Shown: piece after piece, positions 27,201 through 35,162 of the stretch
Layout: each line of letters starts with the position of its first letter
Position numbering within the stretch: position 1 is the stretch's first letter
DNA from: Actinomycetes bacterium
GTDB taxonomy: Bacteria > Actinomycetota > Coriobacteriia > Coriobacteriales > UBA8131
Reading direction: 5' to 3'
NCBI GenBank assembly: GCA_009787085.1
Contig: WRGR01000045.1
Location: 64,075 to 128,074 of the forward strand
DNA length: 64,000 bases
The notes under the pieces: generated by a model
The model's input: only the letters and a program-made list of their open reading frames with translations
Database searches by the model: none
Told to the model about the DNA's origin: nothing
Made by a program: the position numbers and the translations under genes

Positions 27201-27749
27201 GGCAAACTGCTTGCCGTTGGAAGTGCCGCCCATGAAGACGTAGAGGTTGCGCTGCTGAAGCTCTTTGGCAATGCTCACGGCGGTGGCGTTATCGGCTACC
27301 GAGCCGCAGATGGCAGCAAAGCCAGGGGCTGTGCCGTCCACGAACTCAATGCCGCGCTCGCGCATGATAACATCGGTCGCCGCACCCAGCCAAATGCCGT
27401 CGACCGGCTTGGGGCCGACGAGGTACTTACAGGCCTCGAGTATCTCGCAAGCAAACAGAGCAGCCACGCCGGCATCCAAAGTGTTGCCTAGGTATGGCAG
27501 CCAAACATCGTCGACCGGGCGGGCGGGCAGCAAGTCCCGGGCACCCTTCAAGACTTCTTTGGCATCCTTCAGGGTCTCCACCTTCTTGCCGGTGAAACCA
27601 TAGATTACCGGCAGATAATACGCAGTGTCCGGAAACCCGACGGCGCCGTCCTCGCCAAATTCCTTGATAGCCTCGTCAAGCTTAGCCTCCGCTTTGACGA
27701 CCCATTCCACTGCTCCGTCAATCGCGGATGTTGCTATGATTTTAGACAT
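24282..27749 (-). CDS. Acetyl-CoA synthase (AcsB) fused in frame to the CFeSP small subunit (AcsD)
   Basis: 1155 aa. Residues ~1-735 are AcsB-like (GFPDTAYYLPVIYGFTG; A-cluster cysteines CLLCQSFAPNHVCVITPERLGLCGA and SCGCFE). A ~100 aa Ala/Thr/Glu-rich linker is encoded at about 25225-25555. The C-terminal ~320 aa are AcsD-like (IWEVKLGATKEEGGTRAKTYTVGGHNCMPFQLFEG, YGADMISVRLD, IMDPLSSSIGYGVEYTYSVMERIRL). There is no stop or frameshift between the parts. Confidence 0.9.
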   Translation of the reverse strand: MSKIIATSAIDGAVEWVVKAEAKLDEAIKEFGEDGAVGFPDTAYYLPVIYGFTGKKVETLKDAKEVLKGARDLLPARPVDDVWLPYLGNTLDAGVAALFACEILEACKYLVGPKPVDGIWLGAATDVIMRERGIEFVDGTAPGFAAICGSVADNATAVSIAKELQQRNLYVFMGGTSNGKQFAEQLEEEGVQLGWETRLVPFGSDVSALIYALGFASRAAMSFGGVKPGDFEAHLKYNKDRIFAFVLALGEVTPDKYAAAAGAINYGFPTIADTNIPEILPTGVCTYEHVVANVPLETIVEKALDVRGCKIKIVDVPVPVAYGPAFEGERIRKEDTQVEFGGNKTSAFEFVTMVEPEDIEDGEIELIGPDIDEVEPGTALPLAIWVEAAGRKMQVDFEPILERQVHHMVNGAEGIWHMGQRDIVWTRVSKDGYNKGLRMRHYGEILHAKLLADYPAIVDKVKVTLVTDAEEVEKRQAVARKVYDERNRRLEAMTDDSVDIFYSCLLCQSFAPNHVCVITPERLGLCGAYNWLDGKAAHEIDPTGPNQPIAKGTCLDESKGVWEGINEFVYTSSHKAIEEFCAYSIMDRPMTSCGCFEAIVAYVPEVNGVMVVNREFLGDTPCGMTFSSLAGNVGGGMQTPGFVGIGKVFLTSRKFCSAEGGFRRLAWMPKELKESIAEDMKKRLDEQGVADMFDKIADETIATTAEELRAFMEKVNHPALEMDDMTEYMQKEDDTPAVHKTEKAAEVETAAAAAGTTTELSGADMEALREQMATEVRSSVTEDVVASIIEVLSQKFLGKSVSLGEAGGTAAAGASVSVSAQPKAADLIAEVTSFPVNKEVCENEIWEVKLGATKEEGGTRAKTYTVGGHNCMPFQLFEGKMPNRPLLAMEVFDEVSDKYPEILREVYGDLVNDPAAMAAACVEKYGADMISVRLDATHPEKGNRSPQQSVDLVGEVLKAVDVPLIVTGTSHFDSNNEVFKAIAQSFEGENLLLNWVEQDNYRTIAGAAMAYGHSLVSQAPIDVNISKQMAILLTNMGLPQNRIIMDPLSSSIGYGVEYTYSVMERIRLTGLGGDQMLCAPMIVTAGFESAKCKEFKAPEADYPLWGDVKKRSAMWELTTAMTLLQAGGDILVMYHPEAAKVAKNAIFEMLDQQNA

Positions 27750-27814
27750 CCTAGTCTTTCCTTTCCTTCATCTAATAGACTGTGTTCTACGAGTCCGTTG
27801 ACAGACAAACACGA

Positions 27815-29800
27815 TTAATGAGCCGAGCGGCGATCAGCCATGTCGAACAGCTTGCGCTCAACCTTCTTGTTGATACCCAGAGCATCCCTAGCCGCGTTCA
27901 GTATCTCGATGATCCGCTCAACAGCCTCCATGGGATCCTCAATCAGATGGAACGATGCACCGAATAGTTCTTTGGTGTCCTCATACAAGAACTTGCTCAC
28001 TTTTTCGGAACCGGACACATAAAACTCGTTGCCCAAGATGACGTCAACACCCGATGCCACACAATAGCAACCGATGGCAATAGCCTTTTCGCTCATCCAT
28101 TCCGGAGCCACGCCAACTGCCGGCAGACCGGCGATATCGTCACCCAAGCCGCCTTCTTTAACAATCTCAGTGGCAGCTTCCAAGATACGGGAGTTGTCCA
28201 CGCAGCTGCCCATATGCAGGATCGGCGGAATGCCGACGGCCTCGCAGACCTCAGCCAAGCCGGCACCGGCATGCTCACGGGCATACTCCGGTGTCATGTA
28301 GCCGGCCTTACCGGCAGCGATAGCCGCACACCCGGTCTCGATAACCAAGACGTTCCGCTTGATCAGCTCTTCGGCCAAAATACCGCTGTAGCTGTCGGCA
28401 CGCTGCTTGGGATTGTTGCAGCCGACGATGCCGACGATGCCCAAGATCCGGTTTTGGATGATGGCGTCGTTCAGCGGCCGGAAGGAGGCACGATACTTAC
28501 CGCCCAGCATGTACTTGATAGCGTCCACCGAGAAACCGGCGATCAGCGGCTCATGCTCGGAGGGTATCTTGACCTTCTCTGGGTCGCGATTCTTGAAGTT
28601 ATCGATCGCCCGCTTGATGATGTTCTTGGCCGACTCGATGGGTGCCTCTTCATCGAAGCCCATGTGGGTGGCACCGGCCATCTTGGCGATCTCCTGGGTG
28701 GAGACGATCTCGGTGTGATAATGTGCAGCCACTTCCGGAAGTGCTGGCATGCAGCACTGGACATCGATGACCATCATCTCCACAGCACCGGTGATGACAG
28801 CCAGTTCCTGCTGCAGGGAGTTGCCGGCGATGACCACGCCCTGACGCATCAAGACCTCGTTGGCCGTGCAGCAAACGCCAGCGATGGTAATGCCCTCGGC
28901 ACCGGCAGCTTTGGCATATTCCGCGATCTCCGGGTCTTTGACGGCGAAGGTCAGCATCTCAGAGAGGGTCGGCTCATGACCGTGAATCAGAATGTTCACG
29001 GTTTCGTTCTTCAGAACGCCCAAGTTGGCCGCTGACTTCAGCGGCGCAGGGGTGCCGAAGAGAATGTCGGAAGTCATGGAAGCAATGCGGGCACCGCCCC
29101 AACCGTCGGCCAGCGAGGTACGGAAGGCATGCATCAAAAGGTTTTTGTAGTCGTGGTCCACGCCCATGGTGGTACGATGCATGGCCTCGACACACATCCG
29201 GTCAACGCCCTTGGGGGCAACGCCGGTCTGCTGCCAAATGCCTTGGCGTTTCTGAGGAGCCAGCGCCAACGTGGCCAAGTAGTCTTCCTGAGACATGAAG
29301 TCATGCAGGAAGATGTCGGTCAGCTCCAAGGCGATCTGAGAGGCCGTCTTGTCCTCGGTCTCAATGCCGTAGAGCTTGGCCACCCGAACCAGCGCCTTCT
29401 CGTCTTTGATGGTGTAGCCATGACCCTCGCCCTTGGCGATCTCCCGAAGCTTCAAAACCAGATGACGGCCATGGTCGGAGTGCGCAGCGGTACCGCCCAC
29501 TACCTCACGCAGGAAGTTGCGTGCGGCAATGGTGTCAGCGGTGGCACCGCAGATGCCCTTCGGAGCCTTAGGGGTGATGCGGCACGGACCCATGTGGCAA
29601 ATGCGGCAACAAACACCGGATTTGCCAAAAGTACACTGGTTCTTCTGGGTTTCCATGCGGTCGAAACAAGTTTCAACACAATCGTCCAAAGCCTTGTTCA
29701 ACATCGCCAAGGACGCATTGTCCACGACTTTGTTTGCGTTCTCAACAATCTTGTCTTTCAGTTCTTGGTCTTTGTCTTTCTTTTCTTTATCTGCTGCCAT
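27815..29800 (-). CDS. acsA: Anaerobic carbon-monoxide dehydrogenase catalytic subunit
   Basis: CRICHMGPCRI, HGHEP, GVCCTANE and GSCVDNSR, the cluster B/C/D ligand motifs of CooS/AcsA. Confidence 0.93.
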   Translation of the reverse strand: MAADKEKKDKDQELKDKIVENANKVVDNASLAMLNKALDDCVETCFDRMETQKNQCTFGKSGVCCRICHMGPCRITPKAPKGICGATADTIAARNFLREVVGGTAAHSDHGRHLVLKLREIAKGEGHGYTIKDEKALVRVAKLYGIETEDKTASQIALELTDIFLHDFMSQEDYLATLALAPQKRQGIWQQTGVAPKGVDRMCVEAMHRTTMGVDHDYKNLLMHAFRTSLADGWGGARIASMTSDILFGTPAPLKSAANLGVLKNETVNILIHGHEPTLSEMLTFAVKDPEIAEYAKAAGAEGITIAGVCCTANEVLMRQGVVIAGNSLQQELAVITGAVEMMVIDVQCCMPALPEVAAHYHTEIVSTQEIAKMAGATHMGFDEEAPIESAKNIIKRAIDNFKNRDPEKVKIPSEHEPLIAGFSVDAIKYMLGGKYRASFRPLNDAIIQNRILGIVGIVGCNNPKQRADSYSGILAEELIKRNVLVIETGCAAIAAGKAGYMTPEYAREHAGAGLAEVCEAVGIPPILHMGSCVDNSRILEAATEIVKEGGLGDDIAGLPAVGVAPEWMSEKAIAIGCYCVASGVDVILGNEFYVSGSEKVSKFLYEDTKELFGASFHLIEDPMEAVERIIEILNAARDALGINKKVERKLFDMADRRSAH

Positions 29801-29916
29801 ACTCTTTTCTCCTAACCTTCAAATCGTACATTGCGTCGAACTCCTCCTACTTGCCTCTTGCTATCCTTTGCGGGCAGATCATACGGACGACATCCGTCTG
29901 CACTCGTCCCGGAATT

Positions 29917-30675
29917 TTAGAAATTTTTGACAATCTCGTCGACTTTCTTAATGACGGCATTGTCTGAAGGAAGCTCCAAGAAAACTCGTGAATCCTCGGC
30001 GAACTTCGCCACTTCCTCATCGTCGGGCAAAAAGTAAATCTCGTCTGCCCCGGTCGCAACACGGACCTCTTCAGCAGCTTTCGGCACCTGGTCGCTACGC
30101 AAGCGGTTGATCACCAAGACCAACTTCTTGTAATTCAGCTTCATCTCATTGGCCAAATCATGCAAACGACCGAGCGTCCTGATACCCGCATTGGATGAGT
30201 CAGAAACCAGCATCAGCACGTCAACATCGGCCACAATGCGGCGAGAGAGGTTCTCTAGCCCGGCCTCATTGTCCAAAACAACATAGGGGTACTCGCCAGA
30301 CAGCTTCTGGATCACGGTTTTCAGCACACCGTTGGCGTAACAATAGCAGCCTGCTCCTTCTGGACGCCCCATCGATATCATGTCGAATCCCTTGGACTCC
30401 ACGAGGCTCTCGTTGATCTTCATTTGCAGCACCTCGGTATTAGAGATGCCGCTGTCTTTGTCCTGAGCGTTGTCCCGGGCTTCTTCACGGGCTGCGCCCA
30501 CGGATTTGGTAACCGTGACCCCCAGCGCCGTGTCTAGACAGCTATTCGGATCGGCATCAATAGCCAACACCGGCTTCTTGCCGGCCTCGATCAGCTGCTT
30601 GACGATCATTGACGAGATGGTTGTCTTGCCAACACCACCCTTTCCGGATATCGCCACAAAAAACGTCATGCGCAA
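29917..30675 (-). CDS. cooC: CooC/AcsF-family Ni-insertion ATPase (copy 2)
   Basis: P-loop SGKGGVGKTT and CxC metal motif GAGCYCYANG. The start may be the Met at 30669. Confidence 0.85.
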   Translation of the reverse strand: MRMTFFVAISGKGGVGKTTISSMIVKQLIEAGKKPVLAIDADPNSCLDTALGVTVTKSVGAAREEARDNAQDKDSGISNTEVLQMKINESLVESKGFDMISMGRPEGAGCYCYANGVLKTVIQKLSGEYPYVVLDNEAGLENLSRRIVADVDVLMLVSDSSNAGIRTLGRLHDLANEMKLNYKKLVLVINRLRSDQVPKAAEEVRVATGADEIYFLPDDEEVAKFAEDSRVFLELPSDNAVIKKVDEIVKNF

Positions 30676-31448
30676 ACCTCCAGTTTATCGAGTATTTCCT
30701 GATAGATAGCCACCAGCTCGGGGCTTGCGGTATCCAGAACCGATACGCCGTCACGATCCGCGGCCCGGATCGTGTCAGAATAGGGAATGATTCCCAGAGG
30801 CTCTGAGGGAAGCTGTTCGCGAACGTAGTCCTCTTCCCCGGCATTAGCTACCTTGTTAGCAACAAACTCCACATGCTGAAGGCCGATCTCTCTGGCCATC
30901 CGGTCTATGGTAATAGCAGCATCGATCGAACGCTGGCCGGGCTCGACGACACAAACCACCACATCCACGCCCTTGACAGTAGAACGCCCCAAATGCTCAA
31001 TGCCTGCTTCCATGTCCATAATCAAAGTCTGGTTTTGGAACAAGACCAAGTCGGTGGTCAAGGATTGTGCGAAGACGTTCTCCGGACACGCGCACCCTGA
31101 CCCACCGGCTTGGATCGCACCAAGCACTAGGAGCGAGATGTTGCCTCTTTTGTACGCGAACTTGTCAGCTACGTCATGCACCTCGGGATTGAGCTTGAAA
31201 ACCTGCCCATACCGGTTCACTTTCGCGCCAGTGCGCTCTTCGATCAGGGCGATCTGTTTGGAGATCGGCACGATCTTGCTTTGCTCGGCATGCGAGATGC
31301 CCAAGGCCTGAGCCAAGTTAGCATCCGGATCAGAGTCAAACGCCAGCACCTCGCCGCCCTCTTTGGAGAGCAGCAAGGCAAGCGCAGCAGCAAGGGTGGA
31401 TTTGCCTACTCCACCCTTACCGGTAACGGCGATTTTCTTTCCCGCCAT
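30666..31448 (-). CDS. cooC: CooC/AcsF-family Ni-insertion ATPase (copy 1)
   Basis: P-loop TGKGGVGKST and CxC motif GGSGCACPEN. Confidence 0.85.
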   Translation of the reverse strand: MAGKKIAVTGKGGVGKSTLAAALALLLSKEGGEVLAFDSDPDANLAQALGISHAEQSKIVPISKQIALIEERTGAKVNRYGQVFKLNPEVHDVADKFAYKRGNISLLVLGAIQAGGSGCACPENVFAQSLTTDLVLFQNQTLIMDMEAGIEHLGRSTVKGVDVVVCVVEPGQRSIDAAITIDRMAREIGLQHVEFVANKVANAGEEDYVREQLPSEPLGIIPYSDTIRAADRDGVSVLDTASPELVAIYQEILDKLEVCA

Positions 31449-31450
31449 TC

Positions 31451-32518
31451 TTAGAAACCGTACTTTTCCCTCATACGGGCACTGAGGGCCTGAAGCAGCT
31501 CGAATACGCGCTCGGCATCGTCGACCGCAATCGAGCCGGTACCGCAGGCCGGTGTGAGGAATGCCTGGTCGAGAATCAGGGATTTCTCGATACCAGCAGT
31601 GCTGGCCAGATGATCCATGACATACTCCAAGCGCTCCTCCAGCGAGTCCACCGTCTCATCACGGATCAACGATGAAGTCGGGCAGATGCCCCAAGCCAAG
31701 GTGCCGCCGCGCTCCAAATGGCGCTTGACATGCTCCGGATACATGGCGATGGTTTCGCCGAACTCAAAGGCATCGAAGTTGACGATATCCACACCAGCAT
31801 CGATCAGGATCGACCACTCGGTGTTGCCACAGCAGTGGATGCCGGCCAAACCACCGTCTTGGTGCACGGCATCGATGGTCTCGATCAGAATATTCACAAC
31901 ATCCTCACGCTGTACGGACACGTAAGTCGACGATCCGAAGGCCGAGAGGATCGGCTCATCGATAAAGCAGACAATGGTATCGGCGTAGGAAGCGAACTTC
32001 TGGATCTGCCAGCGGCATTTCATGGCGATGGCCTTGGTGATCATGTCGCGGAATTCCTCGTTGTAATAAATCGCCCGCTTGTCTTGGTCGACCAGCGTCA
32101 AGGCAATTGAGCAGGGCCCGGTGACCTGGACCTTCAGATAGGGCAGTTTGCCGCCCTTGGCCTTCAGCTGGCGCTCCATCTCGTAGATGCCATGAGAGTA
32201 CTCCTCGCTGATAGCCATAGCCGAACAGTCGCCATTGCCCTCATCAGGGTCCATGGCCATGATATAGGACTCGTAGAAGTTCGCAAACTCCTCCGAATAG
32301 TCACCGTCAGTCTGGAAGAACATCCGGCCCTTCTCGGTGTCCAGCACGGTGCAGGGCATACCCTCGCTGTATTGGATTTCCATCTGTTCTTTCAGCCCGA
32401 AATAACCAAGCTGTGGCCAGATCGGCACATCCAGCCGCTTCAAGGACAGCTCTACTGCGTACTTGGGGTCGTCAAAAGGCATCGAGCCAATTGCTGTTGT
32501 AATACATTGCGGTTTCAT
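31451..32518 (-). CDS. Core-MetE-like (Meth_synt_2 family) Zn methyltransferase
   Basis: 355 aa. TTAIGSMP, VTGPCS, FIDEPIL, the Zn-ligand pattern IHCCGN...VNFDAFE and LTPACGTGS parallel MetE catalytic-domain motifs (TTTIGSFP, GPVT, IDEPA, HMCY...IE, PDCGL). Confidence 0.7.
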   Translation of the reverse strand: MKPQCITTAIGSMPFDDPKYAVELSLKRLDVPIWPQLGYFGLKEQMEIQYSEGMPCTVLDTEKGRMFFQTDGDYSEEFANFYESYIMAMDPDEGNGDCSAMAISEEYSHGIYEMERQLKAKGGKLPYLKVQVTGPCSIALTLVDQDKRAIYYNEEFRDMITKAIAMKCRWQIQKFASYADTIVCFIDEPILSAFGSSTYVSVQREDVVNILIETIDAVHQDGGLAGIHCCGNTEWSILIDAGVDIVNFDAFEFGETIAMYPEHVKRHLERGGTLAWGICPTSSLIRDETVDSLEERLEYVMDHLASTAGIEKSLILDQAFLTPACGTGSIAVDDAERVFELLQALSARMREKYGF

Positions 32519-32571
32519 CAGGTCTCCTTCTCCTCTTCAGAGTGTTTCGTTTTCTTCGAAATCGATGCCGC

Positions 32572-33468
32572 TCAGAGAGCCTTGACAGCCTCTTTGATCG
32601 CCTTGATGTGGGCAGGAGTGGTGCCGCAGCAGCCGCCGATGATGTTGGCACCGGCCTTAACTAGATCGGGCACCAGCTTGGCCATGTCTTCCGGAGTGTC
32701 CGGGAAGGTGTCCTTGCCGTCTACCTGGATCGGCAGGCCAGCGTTGGCGTGCAGCAGGATGAAGGCATTCGGCTCAGCCTTGTGGATCCGCTCCACGATG
32801 GTCAGCATCCGGTCGACACCGTTGCCGCAGTTGGTGCCAACGATATCTGCCCCGGCCTCTAAGGCAGCCTTGGCAGCATCTTCTGGCGTGGTGCCCATCA
32901 TGGTACGATAATCGCCGTTCACCGTCTGCTCAAAGGTAAAGGTGCAGATCACCTCGAGGTTGGTGTTCTCTTTGGTGGCTTTGATGGCCAGTGCAGCCTC
33001 ATCGGTGGCAAACATGGTCTCGATGCAGACTGCATCCGCGCCGCCTTTCTCCAAGGCTATGACCTGTTCTTTATAGGCGTCGTACATTTCCTGCTCGGAC
33101 ACTTCCTCAGTAACCAGCAGCTTGCCGGTGGGGCCGGCAGAGGCGATTACCCAGTTGTCCTCACCAGCAGCGGCACGTGATGCCTTGGCCGCCGCCTCAT
33201 TGATCTCAGCAACTCGACCGGCCAAGCCGTAATGCTCCAGCTTATAGACAGTGCCACCGAAGCTGTCCGCCTCGACCATATCCGCACCTGCATCAATGTA
33301 GCTTTTTGCAATCTTAGTTACCTTGTCGCCGTGATCAACGGCCCAAAGCTCCGGACTCTCGCCTGGCTCCAAGCCCATCTCGATTAGAAAGGTTCCCCAG
33401 GCCCCGTCGGATACAAGAATCCTTCCCGCTTTAAGTGCATCAACGATTTTTCCACGAGTCATGCGCAC
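32572..33468 (-). CDS. Homocysteine S-methyltransferase-domain protein (stand-alone MetH Hcy-module-like)
   Basis: 298 aa with ILVSDGAWGTFL, GTNCGNG and GGCCGTTPAHI, the Zn-Cys3 pattern of the S-methyl_trans domain. It is the first gene of the acs operon. Confidence 0.8.
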   Translation of the reverse strand: MRMTRGKIVDALKAGRILVSDGAWGTFLIEMGLEPGESPELWAVDHGDKVTKIAKSYIDAGADMVEADSFGGTVYKLEHYGLAGRVAEINEAAAKASRAAAGEDNWVIASAGPTGKLLVTEEVSEQEMYDAYKEQVIALEKGGADAVCIETMFATDEAALAIKATKENTNLEVICTFTFEQTVNGDYRTMMGTTPEDAAKAALEAGADIVGTNCGNGVDRMLTIVERIHKAEPNAFILLHANAGLPIQVDGKDTFPDTPEDMAKLVPDLVKAGANIIGGCCGTTPAHIKAIKEAVKAL

Positions 33469-33669
33469 ATTCCTTTCTGCAAAACACCATTAGTCGGTTC
33501 GTTTACCGTTCGTCATAAACAGAAGATATGATACATTATCTGGCGAACAATGAACCGACCGTTTAGCAGTTCGCATAATATTTTTCTAGAAGCGTTAAAT
33601 TTCTACCAAAACATCAAGGTTTTGACCAACCGTCCGCGACGCGCTGTAGCGTGCGTCTGCAGTGTCTCT

Positions 33670-34773
33670 CTAAAGCTTTTTCCCTTCGTAGTAAGTGCAG
33701 TTCCGGCCACCCTCTTTCTTGGCACAATACATCTGTTGATCAGCCTCGTCAACCAGTTCTGCCAATTTTCCAGATATCGATGATTTCTTAAATATTATGC
33801 CTTGACTGACAGTTCTAGGAAATACTATACTTGCACTATTATACTTTTTTACTAGTTCACCCCATCCCGTATGCTCGGCTAGCTGGCTTTTGAACCGCTG
33901 GGAATATTCTATCACCTCACCTTCTGAACAGCCGTAGAGGCAGACCACGAACTCCTCCCCCCCCCATCTGGAGACAAGTATCCTACCCTTGCAGTCGGCC
34001 ATCGCACTTCTTGCCATTATCAGGGATTCTCCGTAGATTTTGAGCACATTGTCACCCTCGTCATGACCGCATACGTCATTGACTTCCTTGAACTTGTCAG
34101 CATCTGCCATGATGATCCCCAAGCTTTGCGACGACTGCTCGGCCTTTTTGTAGTCCCAGATCTTCTCTAAAGCAAAGCGATTGTATAAATCTTCAAGCAT
34201 TATTGCCTGAAAAAGGCGGTTATATAATCTGAGATTATCAATTATGGTATTGACGTTCATGTAACTGAAGAGGTATGGCATACCCTTGAAATCCAGAAGT
34301 CGGGGGACAAACAGCTCGGCCGGCTCAACCGAAAGTTCGTGCCTCAGCAACTTTGTAGCCTCTGGATTACAGACTCGAATATACATATACATAAATATCC
34401 AGATGAGTTTCTCGGCCTCTGGGTAATAGGTATCGTGATCCTCGCATTCCGCAGCAGAGGGAAACCTCTCAATGAGCATCGCTCGAACATAGGCTACGAG
34501 TATCCGCGTCAACGGAAACTCGTGGAACCTATAAGCCGCAAAGGCACCGTTTTCCTCCAAGGCTATCGCATGGATTCTCTCAAACGCTGCTGCAACTAGC
34601 CCGTCGTCCAACCCGTCTTTGTTGCACGCGAAGACCTTGCCATAAAGCTGACAAGCGCTTTGAAAAATCCTATACGTCTGCTGTTTGACGACTTCGTCGC
34701 TAAGAGCACTGTCCAATGTGCCTCCATATCGTTGAGGGAATAATTGCTCGACCTTCTGGACGATTAACCGCAA
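33670..34773 (-). CDS. Diguanylate cyclase (GGDEF) with an uncharacterised N-terminal domain
   Basis: RWGGEEFVV active-site motif in the C-terminal ~170 aa. No RxxD I-site is seen 5 aa upstream. The N-terminal ~190 aa are unassigned. Confidence 0.85.
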   Translation of the reverse strand: MRLIVQKVEQLFPQRYGGTLDSALSDEVVKQQTYRIFQSACQLYGKVFACNKDGLDDGLVAAAFERIHAIALEENGAFAAYRFHEFPLTRILVAYVRAMLIERFPSAAECEDHDTYYPEAEKLIWIFMYMYIRVCNPEATKLLRHELSVEPAELFVPRLLDFKGMPYLFSYMNVNTIIDNLRLYNRLFQAIMLEDLYNRFALEKIWDYKKAEQSSQSLGIIMADADKFKEVNDVCGHDEGDNVLKIYGESLIMARSAMADCKGRILVSRWGGEEFVVCLYGCSEGEVIEYSQRFKSQLAEHTGWGELVKKYNSASIVFPRTVSQGIIFKKSSISGKLAELVDEADQQMYCAKKEGGRNCTYYEGKKL

Positions 34774-34788
34774 TCATGCTTGGCACCG

Positions 34789-34986
34789 TCAATGTGGCAC
34801 CCCGGACCAGTCGCCGAACTGCTCCCTCAGCTCTTTGATGTAGGCATCGACGGCCTCCTTGATAGCCGTATCAGTAGCCGCTATCTCAGCATTGCCGATT
34901 TGCACATGGGTCTTCCTTGCTTGCAGCTCTTCTTTGCTGTAAGCACGATTCAAGAGCGACAACGCGCTCGTTGACTCTTCTTCCAT
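34789..34986 (-). CDS. Hypothetical small helical protein upstream of the GGDEF gene
   Basis: 65 aa with a 15 nt gap to the GGDEF start. A G-rich RBS (GGGGGGAA) precedes the ATG. I recognise no family. Confidence 0.4.
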   Translation of the reverse strand: MEEESTSALSLLNRAYSKEELQARKTHVQIGNAEIAATDTAIKEAVDAYIKELREQFGDWSGVPH

Positions 34987-35162
34987 ACCAACTTCCCCCC
35001 TTTGGCCAGTTGGCCAAATGTCTTTTATTCTTTCTGTACGCCATTTGTGTTTCTTTTCTTGCTATTTACAGTTTATCCTGTGATCCTTAAACATTCAACT
35101 GTCCGCAACCCAGATGGAGTAAATCCTTCGGAAAACTCGTTTGTTGCTGCACTTTACGCCCT

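Noticed and set aside
29884-29910. Hairpin GGACGA-n13-TCGTCC in the cooC-acsA spacer as a possible attenuator
   Set aside because: It has only a 6 bp stem with a 13 nt loop and alternative pairings, so it is too weak to call.
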